A DNA stretch of 64,000 nt, taken from positions 2,914,001-2,978,000 of the forward strand of contig CATNEN010000005.1 of the NCBI GenBank assembly GCA_950097015.1, in the 5' to 3' direction. The position numbers were made by a program, and so were the translations under genes. The notes below the pieces were generated by a model. The model was not told the origin of the DNA. It ran no database searches and was given only the letters and a program-made list of their open reading frames with translations. This stretch comes from Macrostomum hystrix (lineage: Eukaryota > Animalia > Platyhelminthes). Of this stretch, positions 1 through 17,905 are shown one piece after another (positions within the stretch are counted from its first letter, which is position 1; each line of letters opens with the position of its first letter).

Positions 1-539
1 GTCGTCGGAATCAGAGTCATTAGTTACGTAACGATTCATGATTAAATAAATAGCTAAAACTCTGGAACAGATAACAGCATAACGTTACTAAAAGTAGTGA
101 TTATTGAGTAAAAGTAATCGGTTCAATTATCTGCTGAATACTGAGAGGAATCGGTTCAGTTATCTGTCTGAATACTGAGAGGAATCGCTTCAGTTATCTG
201 TCTGAATACCGAGAGGAATTTATTTCTTTTTCAGTGTAACTTACTGAATAAATGTAGAAGCGGAATAAAAAATGCAAGCAACAATGAAATTAATTCAGTT
301 AGAATAAATTATATTGCGAGATAAAAAGATTGAGGCCAGACAATAAAACAGTTTGTCCAGTCTGGAACAGAGTTCTGGAACAGAGAACAGTCTTGCAATT
401 ATTAAACATTGTTATTGTTCTAATATTGAAATGTAGTTTAGTTAGATACTTCTTTTACAATTTTCAAGTAATTTCGAATCAAGTCTTTATATTTTTTCAA
501 GGCTGCAACATTCTCCAAAATTTTCAGCTAAGATCTGAG

Positions 540-3500
540 TGGAAATTTTCTAGATTTTTTCCACAATTTGCAGTGGAAAATTCCTAGATTTTCAACAACA
601 CTGAAAAGTTCCTTCACATTAACAGTAACAAGAAGGTAGCAAGATATGTAGATTACCAAATCTGTAAAAAATCGGTAATACAAAGTGATACTGTAGCAAG
701 ATTCTAAATTTGAAAGCAGACTATACCGAATATCTAGTCTGTAACAGAGTGCATCTTGCAAATCAAGCTTGTCTTTTGGATTCTAATTTGAGGACTTTTG
801 TCAGCATTTAAGGGGTTGAACATTTCAAAATAATTTAAACGACTTACGAGACGATCATAAGGCGCACGCTCGTAAAAGCTAAAAATATATATAGCAAGAT
901 TAAATAATTGGGACCAGACAATCAGTATTTTTTCTGTACGGAACGGAGTGAATCTTTACGTTCTATATACATTTTTTTCCGAATTTTATTAAAAATAACA
1001 CATTTTAGATTTTTTATGTCAGGGAAGTTTTAACCGATTACACGGAGTAAGAATTTTTCTAGATTTCTTACAGTATCATACGTGGAAATTTGTGAAATTT
1101 ATTGCAGCACCAGCTAATGGAAATTTCCTAGATTTCTTACAGCACCAGCTAATGGAAATTTCCTAGATTTCTTACAGCATCAGCTAGTGGAACTTTCCTA
1201 GATTGCTTATAGCATCAGCTAATGGAAATTTCCTAGATTTCTTACAGCATCAGCTAGTGGAACTTTCCTAGATTGCTTATAGCATCAGCTAATGGAAATT
1301 TCCTAGATTTCTTACAGCATCAGCTAGTGGAAATTTCCTAGATTTCTCGCAGCATCAGCTAATGGAAATTTCCTAGATTTCTTACAGCATCAGCTAATGG
1401 AAATTTCCTAGATTTCTTACAGCATCAGCTAGTGGAAATTTCCTATATTTCTTACAGCACAGGCAGTAAAAGAAATCTACAATTTCAAAGGAAATGTATT
1501 CGGTTTTATAAACCAAAAGATTTCAATATGCAGTAACGTAAAGTTTAAGAATTCTGTGGATTACTGAATATTTACTGCGACGATATGAAAAAATCGAGCA
1601 GTATAAACAAAATTTCAGTAACCAAAATAATTTAGCAAGAGTTGAAAATTGAGACCAGACAATATGAAATATTATATATATTGAGTCTGGAACAGAGTGC
1701 ATCTTGCCGTTTTATATACGAGTTGAAATATTTAATCTCATTTTCTAAAACTACCAACACAATTCAGATTTTTTATGGAAAACTGGAAATATCAGTAGAA
1801 GGGAAGTTATAACTGATTGCATGCACATTCACGTGGTAAGAAATTTCCTAAATTTCTTACATCAGCTAGTGGAAATTTCCTACATTTCTTATATAGCCAG
1901 CTGGTGGCTATTTCCTAGATTTCTTACAGCATCAGGTAGTGGAAATTTCCTAGATTTCTTACAGTATCAGCTAATGGAAATTTCCTAGATTTCTTTAGAG
2001 CATCAGTTAGTGGAAATTTCCTAGATTTCCTACAGAATCAGATAATGGAAATTTCCTAGATTTCTTTAGAGCATCAGTTAGTGGAAATTTCCTAGATTTC
2101 TTACAGTAAAAGAAATCTAGAATTTCAAAGGAAATGTATTCGGTTTAAAAAAACCAAAGATTTAAATATGCAGTAACGTAAAGTTTAAGAATTCTGTGGA
2201 TTACTGAATATTTACTGCGACGATATGAAAAAATCGAGCAGTATAAACAAAATTTCAGCAACCAAAATAATGTAGCAAGAGTTGAAAATTGAGACCAGAC
2301 AATATGAAATATTATATATATTTAGTCTGGAACAGAGTGCATCTTGCCGTTTTATATACGAGTTGAAATATTTAATCTCATTTTCTAAAACTACCAACAC
2401 AATTCAGATTTTTAATGGAAAACTGGAAATATAAGTAGAAGGAAGGTTTTAACTGATTGCATGCACATTCACGTGGTAAGAAATTTCCTAAATTTCTTAC
2501 ATCAGCTAGTGGAAATTTCCTACATTTCTTATATAGCCAGCTGGTGACTATTTCCTAGATTTCTTACAGCATCAGGTAGTGGAAATTTCCTACATTTCTT
2601 ATATAGCCAGCTGGTGACTATTTCCTAGATTTCTTACAGCATCAGCTAATGGAAATTTCCTAGATTTCTTACAGTATCAGCTAATGGAAATTTCCTAGAT
2701 TTCTTACAGTATCAGCTAATGGAAATTTCCTAGATTTCTTTAGAGCATCAGTTAGTGGAAATTTCCTAGATTTCCTACAGAATCAGATAATGGAAATTTC
2801 CTAGATTTTTTACATCACAGGCAGTGAAAGAATTTCAAAGAAAATGTTTTCGGTTTTAACAACTAAAACATTTCAATATGCAGTAACATAACGTTGGAGA
2901 AATATATTGACTACTGAGTATTTACTGCAACGATATGAAAAAAAATCGAGCAGTATAAACAACGACAATTCAGTAACCAAAATAATGTAGCAAGAGTTGA
3001 AAATTGAGACCAGACAATATGAAATATTATATATATTTAGTCTGGAACAGAGTGCATCTTGCCGTTTTATATACGAGTTGAAATATTTAATCTCATTTTC
3101 TAAAACTACCAACACAATTCAGATTTTTAATGGAAAACTGGAAATATAAGTAGAAGGAAGGTTTTAACTGATTGCATGCACATTCACGTGGTAAGAAATT
3201 TCCTAAATTTCTTACATCAGCTAGTGGAAATTTCCTACATTTCTTATATAGCCAGCTGGTGACTATTTCCTAGATTTCTTACAGCATCAGGTAGTGGAAA
3301 TTTCCTACATTTCTTATATAGCCAGCTGGTGACTATTTCCTAGATTTCTTACAGCATCAGCTAATGGAAATTTCCTAGATTTCTTACAGTATCAGCTAAT
3401 GGAAATTTCCTAGATTTCTTACAGTATCAGCTAATGGAAATTTCCTAGATTTCTTTAGAGCATCAGTTAGTGGAAATTTCCTAGATTTCCTACAGAATCA

Positions 3501-4494
3501 GATAATGGAAATTTCCTAGATTTTTTACATCACAGGCAGTGAAAGAATTTCAAAGAAAATGTTTTCGGTTTTAACAACTAAAACATTTCAATATGCAGTA
3601 ACATAACGTTGGAGAAATATATTGACTACTGAGTATTTACTGCAACGATATGAAAAAAAATCGAGCAGTATAAACAACGACAATTCAGTAACCAAAATAA
3701 TGTAGCAAGAGTTGAAAATTGAGACCAGACAATATGAAATATTATATATATTTAGTCTGGAACAGAGTGCATCTTGCCGTTTTATATACGAGTTGAAATA
3801 TTTAATCTCATTTTCTAAAACTACCAACACAATTCAGATTTTTAATGGAAAACTGGAAATATAAGTAGAAGGAAGGTTTTAACTGATTGCATGCACATTC
3901 ACGTGGTAAGAAATTTCCTAAATTTCTTACATCAGCTAGTGGAAATTTCCTACATTTCTTATATAGCCAGCTGGTGACTATTTCCTAGATTTCTTACAGC
4001 ATCAGGTAGTGGAAATTTCCTACATTTCTTATATAGCCAGCTGGTGACTATTTCCTAGATTTCTTACAGCATCAGCTAATGGAAATTTCCTAGATTTCTT
4101 ACAGTATCAGCTAATGGAAATTTCCTAGATTTCTTACAGTATCAGCTAATGGAAATTTCCTAGATTTCTTTAGAGCATCAGTTAGTGGAAATTTCCTAGA
4201 TTTCCTACAGCATCAGATAATGGAAATTTCCTAGATTTTTTACATCACAGGCAGTGAAAGAATTTCAAAGAAAATGTTTTCGGTTTTAACAACTAAAACA
4301 TTTCAATATGCAGTAACATAACGTTGGAGAAATATATTGACTACTGAGTATTTACTGCAACGATATGAAAAAAAATCGAGCAGTATAAACAACGACAATT
4401 CAGTAACCAAAATAATGTAGCAAGAGTTGAAAATTGAGACCAGACAATATGAAATATTATATATATTTAGTCTGGAACAGAGTGCATCTTGCAT
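540..4494. repeat. Higher-order tandem repeat: ~640-750 bp monomers, each holding a sub-array of a 35-bp unit (GGAAATTTCCTAGATTTCTTACAGCATCAGCTAAT)
   Basis: AATTCAGATTTTT anchor recurs at 1761, 2401, 3116 and 3831 (spacings 640, 715, 715). The last three copies are nearly identical, giving the repeated ORFs at 2873, 3588 and 4303. Diverged copies lie at about 540-1750. Confidence 0.92.
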
Positions 4495-5737
4495 AGATTT
4501 AACAAAAATATTTATTTATTTATAATTAACTTGTCCATTTCCCCACCACACTACTAATTAGTAGCGAAGTATAGTTGTTTTCTATGCATTTTTTCTACAA
4601 CTCGAACATCTCCCTAAAGTTAGCTTGTTACAAATAAAAAGAAATTAAAAAACAACGAAACGAATCATTATTAATGATAAATGATTTGTGCGCTGCAGGG
4701 GGGCAGACAAGCACTGTACGCAGTCGACGAAACATTTTGTTTAATTAGTTAAAAATTCTGCTCGCTAAATATTTCCGTTGACCTGCGTTAAAAAAACCAC
4801 ACACATTCACACACTGGCACACGAAAGAAGAAAATTAAATTTGGATATATAGTTTTGTTATAATTAGAGAATCACATTAAACTTACTTTAACAGTACTCA
4901 AGACAGAAACTCAAGTGAGAAAAAACAAATGTTCAGTGCGAGTAGTTTTGTTTGAAAGAATCAAATAAGTTGTTATTTGAATGTATGATTATTCACACAA
5001 TCACAACAGTATAAAAACTTATGGAATTATTATGACGCATAGTAATATATAATAAATATAACTTGAAGAGCCAGGCTTGCCAATATTATATATTTCAATA
5101 TAAAAAGTGTACATTTTATGGTTTATCCGAACCCTTGGATTAGCTAATCCGTTATGACAGATAATAATAACATTATTATTGACAAGAACACTGCCAAGTC
5201 TGCAACTAACAATTAAAAATGTGTTTTTTAATAAATTGTGTTAAGAACATTCGTTAATCAAGAAAATGATTCTGTGAGTATTTCCTTCTGTTCTGCTTTT
5301 TTCATCAAGAAAACTTTGCTGATTAACTCAGAAAAAAGCTGAATACGTACAACTAGTTGCAAGCGACAATGGACAATGAAAAGCTACATTTATTAGTTTA
5401 GTGTAATTAGAAATCAATAATCAATAACGAAACGGACTGTTGATCTTTTCATCCGGTTGGCAGATCAAACCATGAGGACAATAAACTATTTTTGTTTTGT
5501 TACAAGCAAAATAAAGAAAACGATTTAAAAAAGGACGCAGAAACAAACACTTACGCATAGAAACTACTCAAGATGCATCTGTACCAAGATGTACTTTCAC
5601 AGTCAAAGGATTGGAATATTATACCAGTGAGTGTGCATTATGCTGCAACACTAGTAATGAGATAACTCTAAATTTTTAAACATTTTATAGTATCTTAAGA
5701 CTTCGGAATAATTACTGACAAACCAAGAATAGACGAT

Positions 5738-6075
5738 TCGAGAACTAGGAATCGACGGTTCGAGAACAAGGAATCGATTATTCAAGAACTAGGAATCGAC
5801 GGTTCAAGAACTAGGAATCGACGATTCAAGAACTAGGAATCGACGATTCAAGAACTAGGAATCGACGATTCGAGAACTAGGAATCGACGATTCGAGAACT
5901 AGGAATCGACGATTCGAGAACTAGGAACCGACGATTCGAGAACTAGGAACCGACGATTCGAGAACTAGGAATCGACGATTCGAGAACTAGGAACCGACGA
6001 TTCGAGAACTAGGAATCGACGATTTGAGAACTAGGAACCGACGATTCGAGAACTAGGAATCGATGATTTAAGAAC
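5738..6075. repeat. 22-bp minisatellite (GAACTAGGAATCGACGATTCGA)n, ~15 copies
   Basis: Direct reading of tandem units. Confidence 0.9.
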
Positions 6076-6826
6076 TCATTATATTCAAGGTATGTCTCAT
6101 TATAAAACGAAGCTGTTAATATTATTTCCGGAAGTAGGAAATTAGCAAACGTAATCCTACGTAGATAGACAACATATGAAACTCAAAAAACATTATTAGT
6201 AAAGGTGCAAAAATCTAGACTCAGAAAAAACGGTATTATTTTCGCTCAAATATAACCGAAAACCGACTTTAAAAAAGAATAAGGAAATGTATAGCGCGAC
6301 AGATATAGGCGAACAGGACTACTGCCAGTAACAAGGCTAGAAAATTGCGGGAATATTAAAATAAAAAAAGGCTTATAAAATAGCATCAACAAGTTGTATT
6401 CATTCACATTTTATTCATTGATACGGTACCAAAGAAGTGAAAAAAGTGAAATTAACAGAGCAAATTATTTTCATATAAAACCATCTAATTCGTTCCGGGA
6501 TTTAATGGGTCGTGAAGGTCGATAAGTAGAATGAAGAGATATTTGAAGACAATGTAATATTTCCCTTCAACCGATATGTTTTTGTTTCTTTTCATTTTTG
6601 CAACATAGACCAAGACAAGAAAGTTAAAGAAGACTTAAAATTCATCTTCTGAATTCTTTTTTTGGTTTATAGTCGGTGTTTCAGAGAAAAAAAAGTTAAT
6701 AGAAACAACATAATAAGTGCCTTGTGTGTTTTTATAGTATATATATTAATTAATAACGTTTAACTGCTTCATCATAAAGCGGGGTAGCGTCTGTTGCTTG
6801 TGCTCGATAGCATTGAGTTCAATAAT

Positions 6827-10967
<4,141 letters not shown>

Positions 10968-11736
10968 TTATGTTGCTTCTCTACTATTTGATTATCAAAT
11001 CAGTGCTTTGATACCAAGTTGTATTGTACTTTTATGTCTAAAAGCAAGATGCACAGCTGAAAAATTATTTTTATTATTTATTATGAATAACTATTAACTA
11101 TTTTCTAAAATTTCCAAAAAACACAATCATTCATTATAAAAACTTACTTTACTAAATTTAGTCCTAGTAGTAAGGCTAATAAATTAGTATACAGATATAG
11201 TATATCTGTATCTTATAGTAAACAGATATGATTTATACGATAAACAGATAATTTATAGGTCCTATATATATGACTAACCCCTCTTTATTTTACATACATA
11301 ATAATAAGTTTTAATAGGTTTTAGAGCAGATATTGTGAAATTTAAAGTAGAACAGTCTATTTATTTTTTCTTTTAATTTTAAAAGGTTTATCTGTATACA
11401 ATAGTTTCTACTTAGTCAACCAAGGTAATATGTAAGAGCCCCAATTTTTTTATGAATATTTCTGAGGATTGTTAATTAGTTTAACAAATACTAATTAAAC
11501 AACTTGTCACATTGTTTATTTTGAAGTTAGCACCTATACACTTAGGACAATAGCCTTGCATTTCTTGTTGCCAAAACAAGTCTTCATTTTTATTACACAT
11601 ACTAGCTTTTTTTGCCCGTTGTTTTTGGGGCAGAAATTTAAAGCAAAGCAGTAAGCAATTCACGTCTCTGTATTAACTTTATAGTGAAGGTCACCATTTA
11701 TTTATTTACTGCATGAATGAAAAGTGAAGAGTTTGT

Positions 11737-14030
11737 TTAAGGGCGTACTGGCTCTGACAGCCAGTCAACGTCAGCATATCGAACCATCAGGTTCGGGTAA
11801 ACTTTTGCCTTGAGCTCCTGCACTGACTGCACAATGGTTCCGATTGTAGCGATCGATGACTGCCCATTCTCTGTGCTAATCTCCAGCAGACCATTGCCGA
11901 TTCGCAATAGATTGGCAGAGAACTCATGAGCTGTTTCGTCTCCTTGAATTGTAGCTCTCATGTTTGTTCGTAGGTGCAACTTCACAACCGATGGCCACAG
12001 GTGAGATGATTTTAGGAAAGCATTAATCTCATCAGCAGGAGTGCCTCGCGGAATCACAGGCAGCGTCTGTCTAAAGTCTCCAGACAGCAGCAGAGTGACA
12101 CCACCCATCAGTTGATTGCTATTGCGCAGGTCTTTCAAAGTTAAGTTGAGTGCTTCAAATGCCAGTTTGTGGGACATGGTACACTCATCCCAGACGATAA
12201 GCTTGCAAGCCTGAAGCACTCTGGCAGTGCCTGTGTTTTTCTTGATGTTGCACAGCGGATTCTCCGCTCAAGACAGATCAAGCGGCAACTTCAGTGCTGA
12301 GTGGGCAGTGCGACCGCCTGGCAGCAAGGTGGCTGTAATTCCAGAGGAAGCTACAGCAATGGCAACGTCGCCTCGTTGCCTGACCTTTGCCAGAAGGAGG
12401 TTGATTAGAAATTTTTTTCCTGTGCCACCTGGAGCATCAAGAAAAACCATGCCACCAACGTTGTTGTTGACTCTGCGCAATAGCTCGCGGTACGCCTCTA
12501 GCTGCTCAGGCATGAGTCGGGGCTCATTCTCCTCTATGAACTGTCCCAGCTGCTCCTGGTCATCCAGCTCTTCCAGCAGTCCCAGTCGCTGACATGCTTC
12601 ATGAAAAGTTTGGCAGGTATGGCCTTCCACCGTTCTAATGTGTCTAAATGACGTCGGACCAATCACGGTGTGTAGCAGGTAGTAGCATTCACTGTGGTTT
12701 GGGTGCACCGTGTACTCTGGCTAATGCATCAGTCTGTCGTATTTCAGGATGGCCTGGAACTGCAGCGCCTTGAACCCGCCGCTTCCATCCTTTCGAAGAG
12801 GCGTTCCATGTGTAATAGGCAGGCACCTGGTGGTACAGCAAAGTCCTGGCAAAGGGGTCTTCAGCGCACAACTTGAAGAAAGCAGTAAGAGTAGTGTCCT
12901 GTGGCCTTTGAGCACGCTGCTGGATGTTCTCCTCCGTAAAGTATACTCTCTGACCGTTTTCCAGGTGCACACTGAGGTGCATGACAGTTGGGTGGCGTTC
13001 ATGAATAGAGAATCCGAAGATTCGCCACATTGCCTCGTTAGAGCTGATACCTTCCGCTCTTGAAGCGATTGACTTCGTCAAATTCGTTTACTATGCCTCC
13101 AGGTCCCTCAATGTTGAACACTGCTTGGTCGCTACCCTTGTTCACGTACTTGCAAATGTACTTGATTGATTTAACAGAGTTGCAGTACTCAACGTTGATG
13201 TGTGGATTGAACACCTTGGACAGTAGCGGGCAGTAGGGAACGACCCATCTGTTGTCCAGATCGATCTCTTCATTCCCATGGCTGCATAGAATAATGCGAG
13301 TGGTAAAGCCGCCATCCTCACGTGATCTCCGTCGATACAGCGGATAACCGTCTTGTATTTTAGCAAAGCACTGTACGCCAGCCTCTCTCTTTTTTCTATC
13401 CCAGGCTGGCTGGAGAGAAATATTGACCGGAGAGCCCTGCGCACTGGGACGCCACCGCACTCACCGCACTCAGTCTCAGTGCTGCTTGGGGGCCAGTAGA
13501 CAGTCTAGGGGTTTGGGCTGTGTACATTCACGGCTTGAAATGCAATGTACAGTCTGGGGCTTCGGCGCCCGGGGAAGGGAGGGGGTGGCTGTATTAAAAT
13601 TTGGCCCGCAGAGTGGCGGAGGGGAGTTGGGGTGGCTGTCCTCGGAAAACAAAAAGTGACTCACTTTGAGATGATGCAGCTTTGCTCTGGATTGAGTAGA
13701 GATGTTCAAAATTGACAGCATTGTTGGAAAACATGTAAAGTGTAAGTGGATCAAATTTGGAGAAAATCTGACAAAGTGGGGCGACGATATGTTGAATTGA
13801 GTGATTTTTTGACGATTTTTGAGCAGTTTTTTGCACTTTTGAGCAGGAAGGAAATGATTTTTCTGGAATTTGAGTAGCCTATTGCACTCAGCGTAGGTGG
13901 TTTTAGGTATGTGCAAAGTTTGGTGCGATTTGGTTGAGCGGTTTCGGCGTCTATAAAGACAAAAGGTTGCACACACACACACACACACACACAGACAGAC
14001 AGACAGAGTTTTCACTTTTATATATATAGA
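11737..14030 (-). mobile_element. Decayed Helitron (Rep/PIF1-helicase fragments with frameshifts and deletions)
   Basis: DGYPLYRRR, DNRWVVPYCP, HINVEYC..KSIKYICKYVNKGSD, ISSNEAMWRIFGF, Walker A LDAPGGTGK, VASSGITATLLPGGRTAHS, IVWDECTM, GDFRQTLPV, TNMRA, spread over four frames. The 5' end reads a|TCTATATATATAAAAGTGAAAACTCTGTCTGTCTG at 14030, typical of Helitron 5' termini. No 3' CTAG end was found. Confidence 0.9.
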
Positions 14031-15232
14031 TAATAAGCCTCTAAAAATGTGAAAAGTGCACAGCTATTTTTACTAATACAACATTTAACTAAGTTCAAAA
14101 TACTTTTCAGATTTTTAATTTACTGACAAGAAGCCTGTTTGGTCAATATTAAGTTTAATAAAATTGGCCAATAGAGATTTCTATCTATATTTCTATTGCA
14201 AAATCAATTGTCTTTTTTATGATTTAGACAAATGAGACAAAACACTCCAAATCTCATATGCTTATAAAACTAGTATAGTTAATGTTTTAGTTAAGTAGGA
14301 ATATCAAAAATAGTTGTAATACAATAGCATTATTATTTTATTTATAAGGTAAGCCTATCTCAATATAAAAAATAAAATTGTTTGTTGATCCATATTGACC
14401 ATAGGGGCCTATACAATGTACAATTGACATATGTATATTATATTCTATGATAAATAGCTAAAGCTAAACTAGGCATAATAATATGTAATGCTTATAAAAT
14501 AGCTAGGCAAATTACATAACTAAGCCTTTCATTTTGCTTTGTAAAAAGTAATATTGACATGTATAATACAATAAATTATGTACACATTAAGAAAACATTA
14601 CTAAATCTAAGCTCAGTTTTTTAGATTCTATTTGCCAAATAAAATAAATCTAAAAGGCCTATATTTTAATTTTTCAACAGCAAAATAAGATTAATTGCTG
14701 CTACATTTGAGTCAACAATGTGATAATTAATTAATAATTATTATAGTAGTGTCTCATGAGAACTATATCTTTTGTATAGGCCTAGCAATATTTTCAATAA
14801 AAGTCTAAGCCTAATCCTGCTTTCATGTCTAGGCCTTATTCTGAAATAAAAATAATCCAGGACCACATGTAATGCATTGCACACTGCATATTGATAGGCC
14901 CTACTGTTATAAATTATGTTATCTTCTTGGCCTATAGGGCAATGTATCATCAACCAAACAAGAATGTGTATTTTTTTAACTTCAAACCTAAGCTACAGAT
15001 TTTCTAATTAAGATATGTTGATAAATCAAAAGCCAAGCTATAGAAAACAGGTACATCTTTCTAAAAAGAATCTGCTTTTGCTATATTAACAAATAGAAAA
15101 AAGTTATTCCTGCTTTTTATCTAAAACTGAACAATGATTTTCATGTATCTTCAAACCAAACAGAGAATTTGATGTTCGGTTTTACAAATTGAGGGAGTGG
15201 TTTAATATTATTTTAAGGAGTTAACTATCATG

Positions 15233-16020
15233 GGTCCCAGGTCATTTCGGTGACAAGACATTTCGGTGACAGTCATTTCGGTGACAACTCAAGTCGTTTT
15301 GGTGACAGAATTGGTCAGTTCGGTGACAACTATTCTTGCACCTGAATATGCTTAGAAAACAGCCTTCCAATTGAACTAATCATTATTATTCATCATTATT
15401 TAATAATACTTAATAGGTGTGCATAGTTCACATGGAAGGCTGTTTTCTAAGCACATGGAACTGGAAGGCTGTTTCCTAAGCATATTCAGGTGCAAGAATA
15501 GTTGTCACCGAAACGATGTCACCGAAATGTCTTGTCACCGAAATGACCTGGGACCGGGTCCCAGGTGACAGAATTTCGGTGACAGAATTGGTCAGTTCGG
15601 TGACAACTATTTTTGTACCTAAATATGCTGAGAAAACAGCCTTCCACGATCCAGCAGCTGCTTAAAGCCTACACTTGCCTTGTCAATCCAAAACTTGAAA
15701 AATGATTATTATACACATTTAATTAGCAACGAATAACTATTGAAACTATTGACTACTCATTAAATAATTTAATAATTTAACTCATTTAAAGTAAAACCCA
15801 GACTTAATCAGAGCGATGCAGCTTCTTATTAGTACTTATAGCATTATTTAATTAATACTTTATAAGTGTGCATAGTTAAAATGGAAGGCCGTTTTTTAGC
15901 ATATTTAGGTGCAAAAATAGTTGTCACCAATTTGACTAGGCCTAATTATGTCACTGAAATGACTTGTTGTCACCGAAATGACTGTCACCGAAATGTCTTG
16001 TCACCGAAATGACCTGGGAC
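15233..16020. mobile_element. Head-to-tail dimer of a foldback-type MITE (15233-15555 and 15556-16020)
   Basis: Termini GGTCCCAGGTCATTTCGGTGAC and GTCACCGAAATGACCTGGGAC. Inverted arms of ~140 bp are built from TTTCGGTGAC subrepeats plus CTTAGAAAACAGCCTTCCA. The internal junction reads CTGGGACC|GGGTCCCAG. Confidence 0.8.
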
Positions 16021-16829
16021 TGTGAAACACAGCGCGATACTGTGTTTCACAGTAAGACATCTGGTGTTTTACCTTGTACATTTGCAATGCGGCATTACTA
16101 ATTAGGGAAAATACTAAATAACTTAGTAAATACAGGCATGCATACAGCTGTTCACAAATTTATTCGTCTAGCTTTTGTTTTCAGTCCCTTGATTTAAAAT
16201 AATTACAAAGGTTAAAACAAAGAAATATTAACTATTCATTTAAGACTTCAGAAAAAAGTTCAAACATAAGCATTCCAATTTTACCGAAACTTTTATTTAA
16301 TTAGATAATTTTTGCCTTTAGTTTGGTCGTTATATAGCGCTAATTACTGGTCAAGATTATTTTGTTCCTTAATGAGCCTATGCTTGTTGACTTTTTTCCT
16401 ATCTATTCCTGTGTAAACAGGATAGTAACTGCCTGATTTTAGAAGTAATGGGGAGGACTGAACACATGCAAAAAATAATTCACAAATTTTTACAAATTTT
16501 ACAAATAGAGCGTCGGGCTCACGACTTGAATTAGTCGTGGGTTGGATTAACGACTCCACTGAAACAATTTACAAACCTTTTGCAAAATGTTTTACTCAGG
16601 GTTGCTTCAGCTCACATAGTTAACGGATACCAATATCCAGCTCGGATAAATTGAGCCATAATGCCCAGCAACTGGAGAACGGCCATTATACGTTCGCAGA
16701 TTTCAGATGCTGTTCTGTCAGCCGCATATTTAGACAAAATGTTGCAAGGTGTAAATAATGAATCTAACTAAAAAACAATATCAACATTACCACCAAAGCA
16801 CGCTGTCCAGATAAAAAATCGCTTCGCTG

Positions 16830-17905
16830 CAGTCACAAGGGTGCGCTGCAGACTCTGAGTGCGAACGAAGACGACTGCACGTGCCCGCCGGCAGAGTCCG
16901 GCCGGGGCGCAAGCGTCAGCAAAGTAGACACTCGACGAAGCGCCGAGTTTAGACTCGAGTTTAGACTCGAGTTTAGACTTTAGATGGCCGCGCCGGTAGG
17001 GTGCCTGCAGCGTGTGAGCAGCAGCGCCTCTTGCACTGGCTGTGTTCTGCAGTATTGGATTCGACGCGGATGATTTTGCATGTCAACTGGAGTGGTCGAC
17101 GACTTGGCGATTCTCTTGCACGCGTTCGGGTCCTCGCTCGTCACCTAAATTTAAGGCGTCGCGCTCAGCGTCTAGGTTTCGGCCTTGTACAGCAGAAATG
17201 TCTCGGCCACCGTCTGGAACACCGCCGGATCAGGCGATCAGGTATAGTACCTCAGACTGTAGGACGTCGTCACAGAAGCGATTGGCAGCCAAGCGAGCCC
17301 ACGGCGACGTTGCAGATTTTTGCAGACCACTTATTTGGATGAACTGCGGACTCCTTCGCCTAACCGTCAGCGCCTAGGTAGAAAATCGCGGCCTTGATGT
17401 CGCCCGTCACGCAGAGCACGATGGCTTTCTCGTATTGACCACATGGCCGACGCTCGCTGCAACGCCAACCTTTACAGATTTACAGGGTTAGGGTGTACAG
17501 CGCCTTGTACGTTCGAGGACGGCAGGGCAAGGTCTTCGGCGCAGCAAAGCATGCTAAGCCGCCTTTCTGGTTGACGTCGACCCTCGCGTCAATGCAGTAA
17601 AGCAAGCCGTCTTCGTAGACAGTAAGCAGCGAATTTCGCTACCGAGTCGAAGGCCTTCATGAATCGTCGATAAAGACGACGATCCAGGTCCAACAGGCGC
17701 GTGCATCCCTGTGTCTTAGTGGAGCCGAAAAACATTCTGCTCAGGTAGTATTTATGAGCAGATCAGCATGAGTCGCAACCGGCCGGGATAGCAGCATCCA
17801 GTTGAACAACTTCGCGGCGCAGGATTGCAGGCGGATTTCTCCCTCTAACCGTGCGGTGCCCGGTTTATTAGGAATGACGATGTTGTGTGATTTGTACATC
17901 AGCAT
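16830..17905 (-). pseudogene. Heavily decayed non-LTR retrotransposon reverse transcriptase (RTE-like)
   Basis: Manual minus-strand translation gives IVIPNKPG...LQSCAAKLFNWMLL, VVFID/FMKAFDSV, LCCAEDLAL (degenerate YADD) and TVAETFLLYKAET*TL, with many stops and frameshifts. Confidence 0.7.

Noticed and set aside
2212-4494. Repeated 62-80 aa minus-strand ORFs as a tandem gene family
   Set aside because: They start at GTG/TTG codons, are AT-rich with no domain or splice support, and simply recur with the 715-bp repeat.
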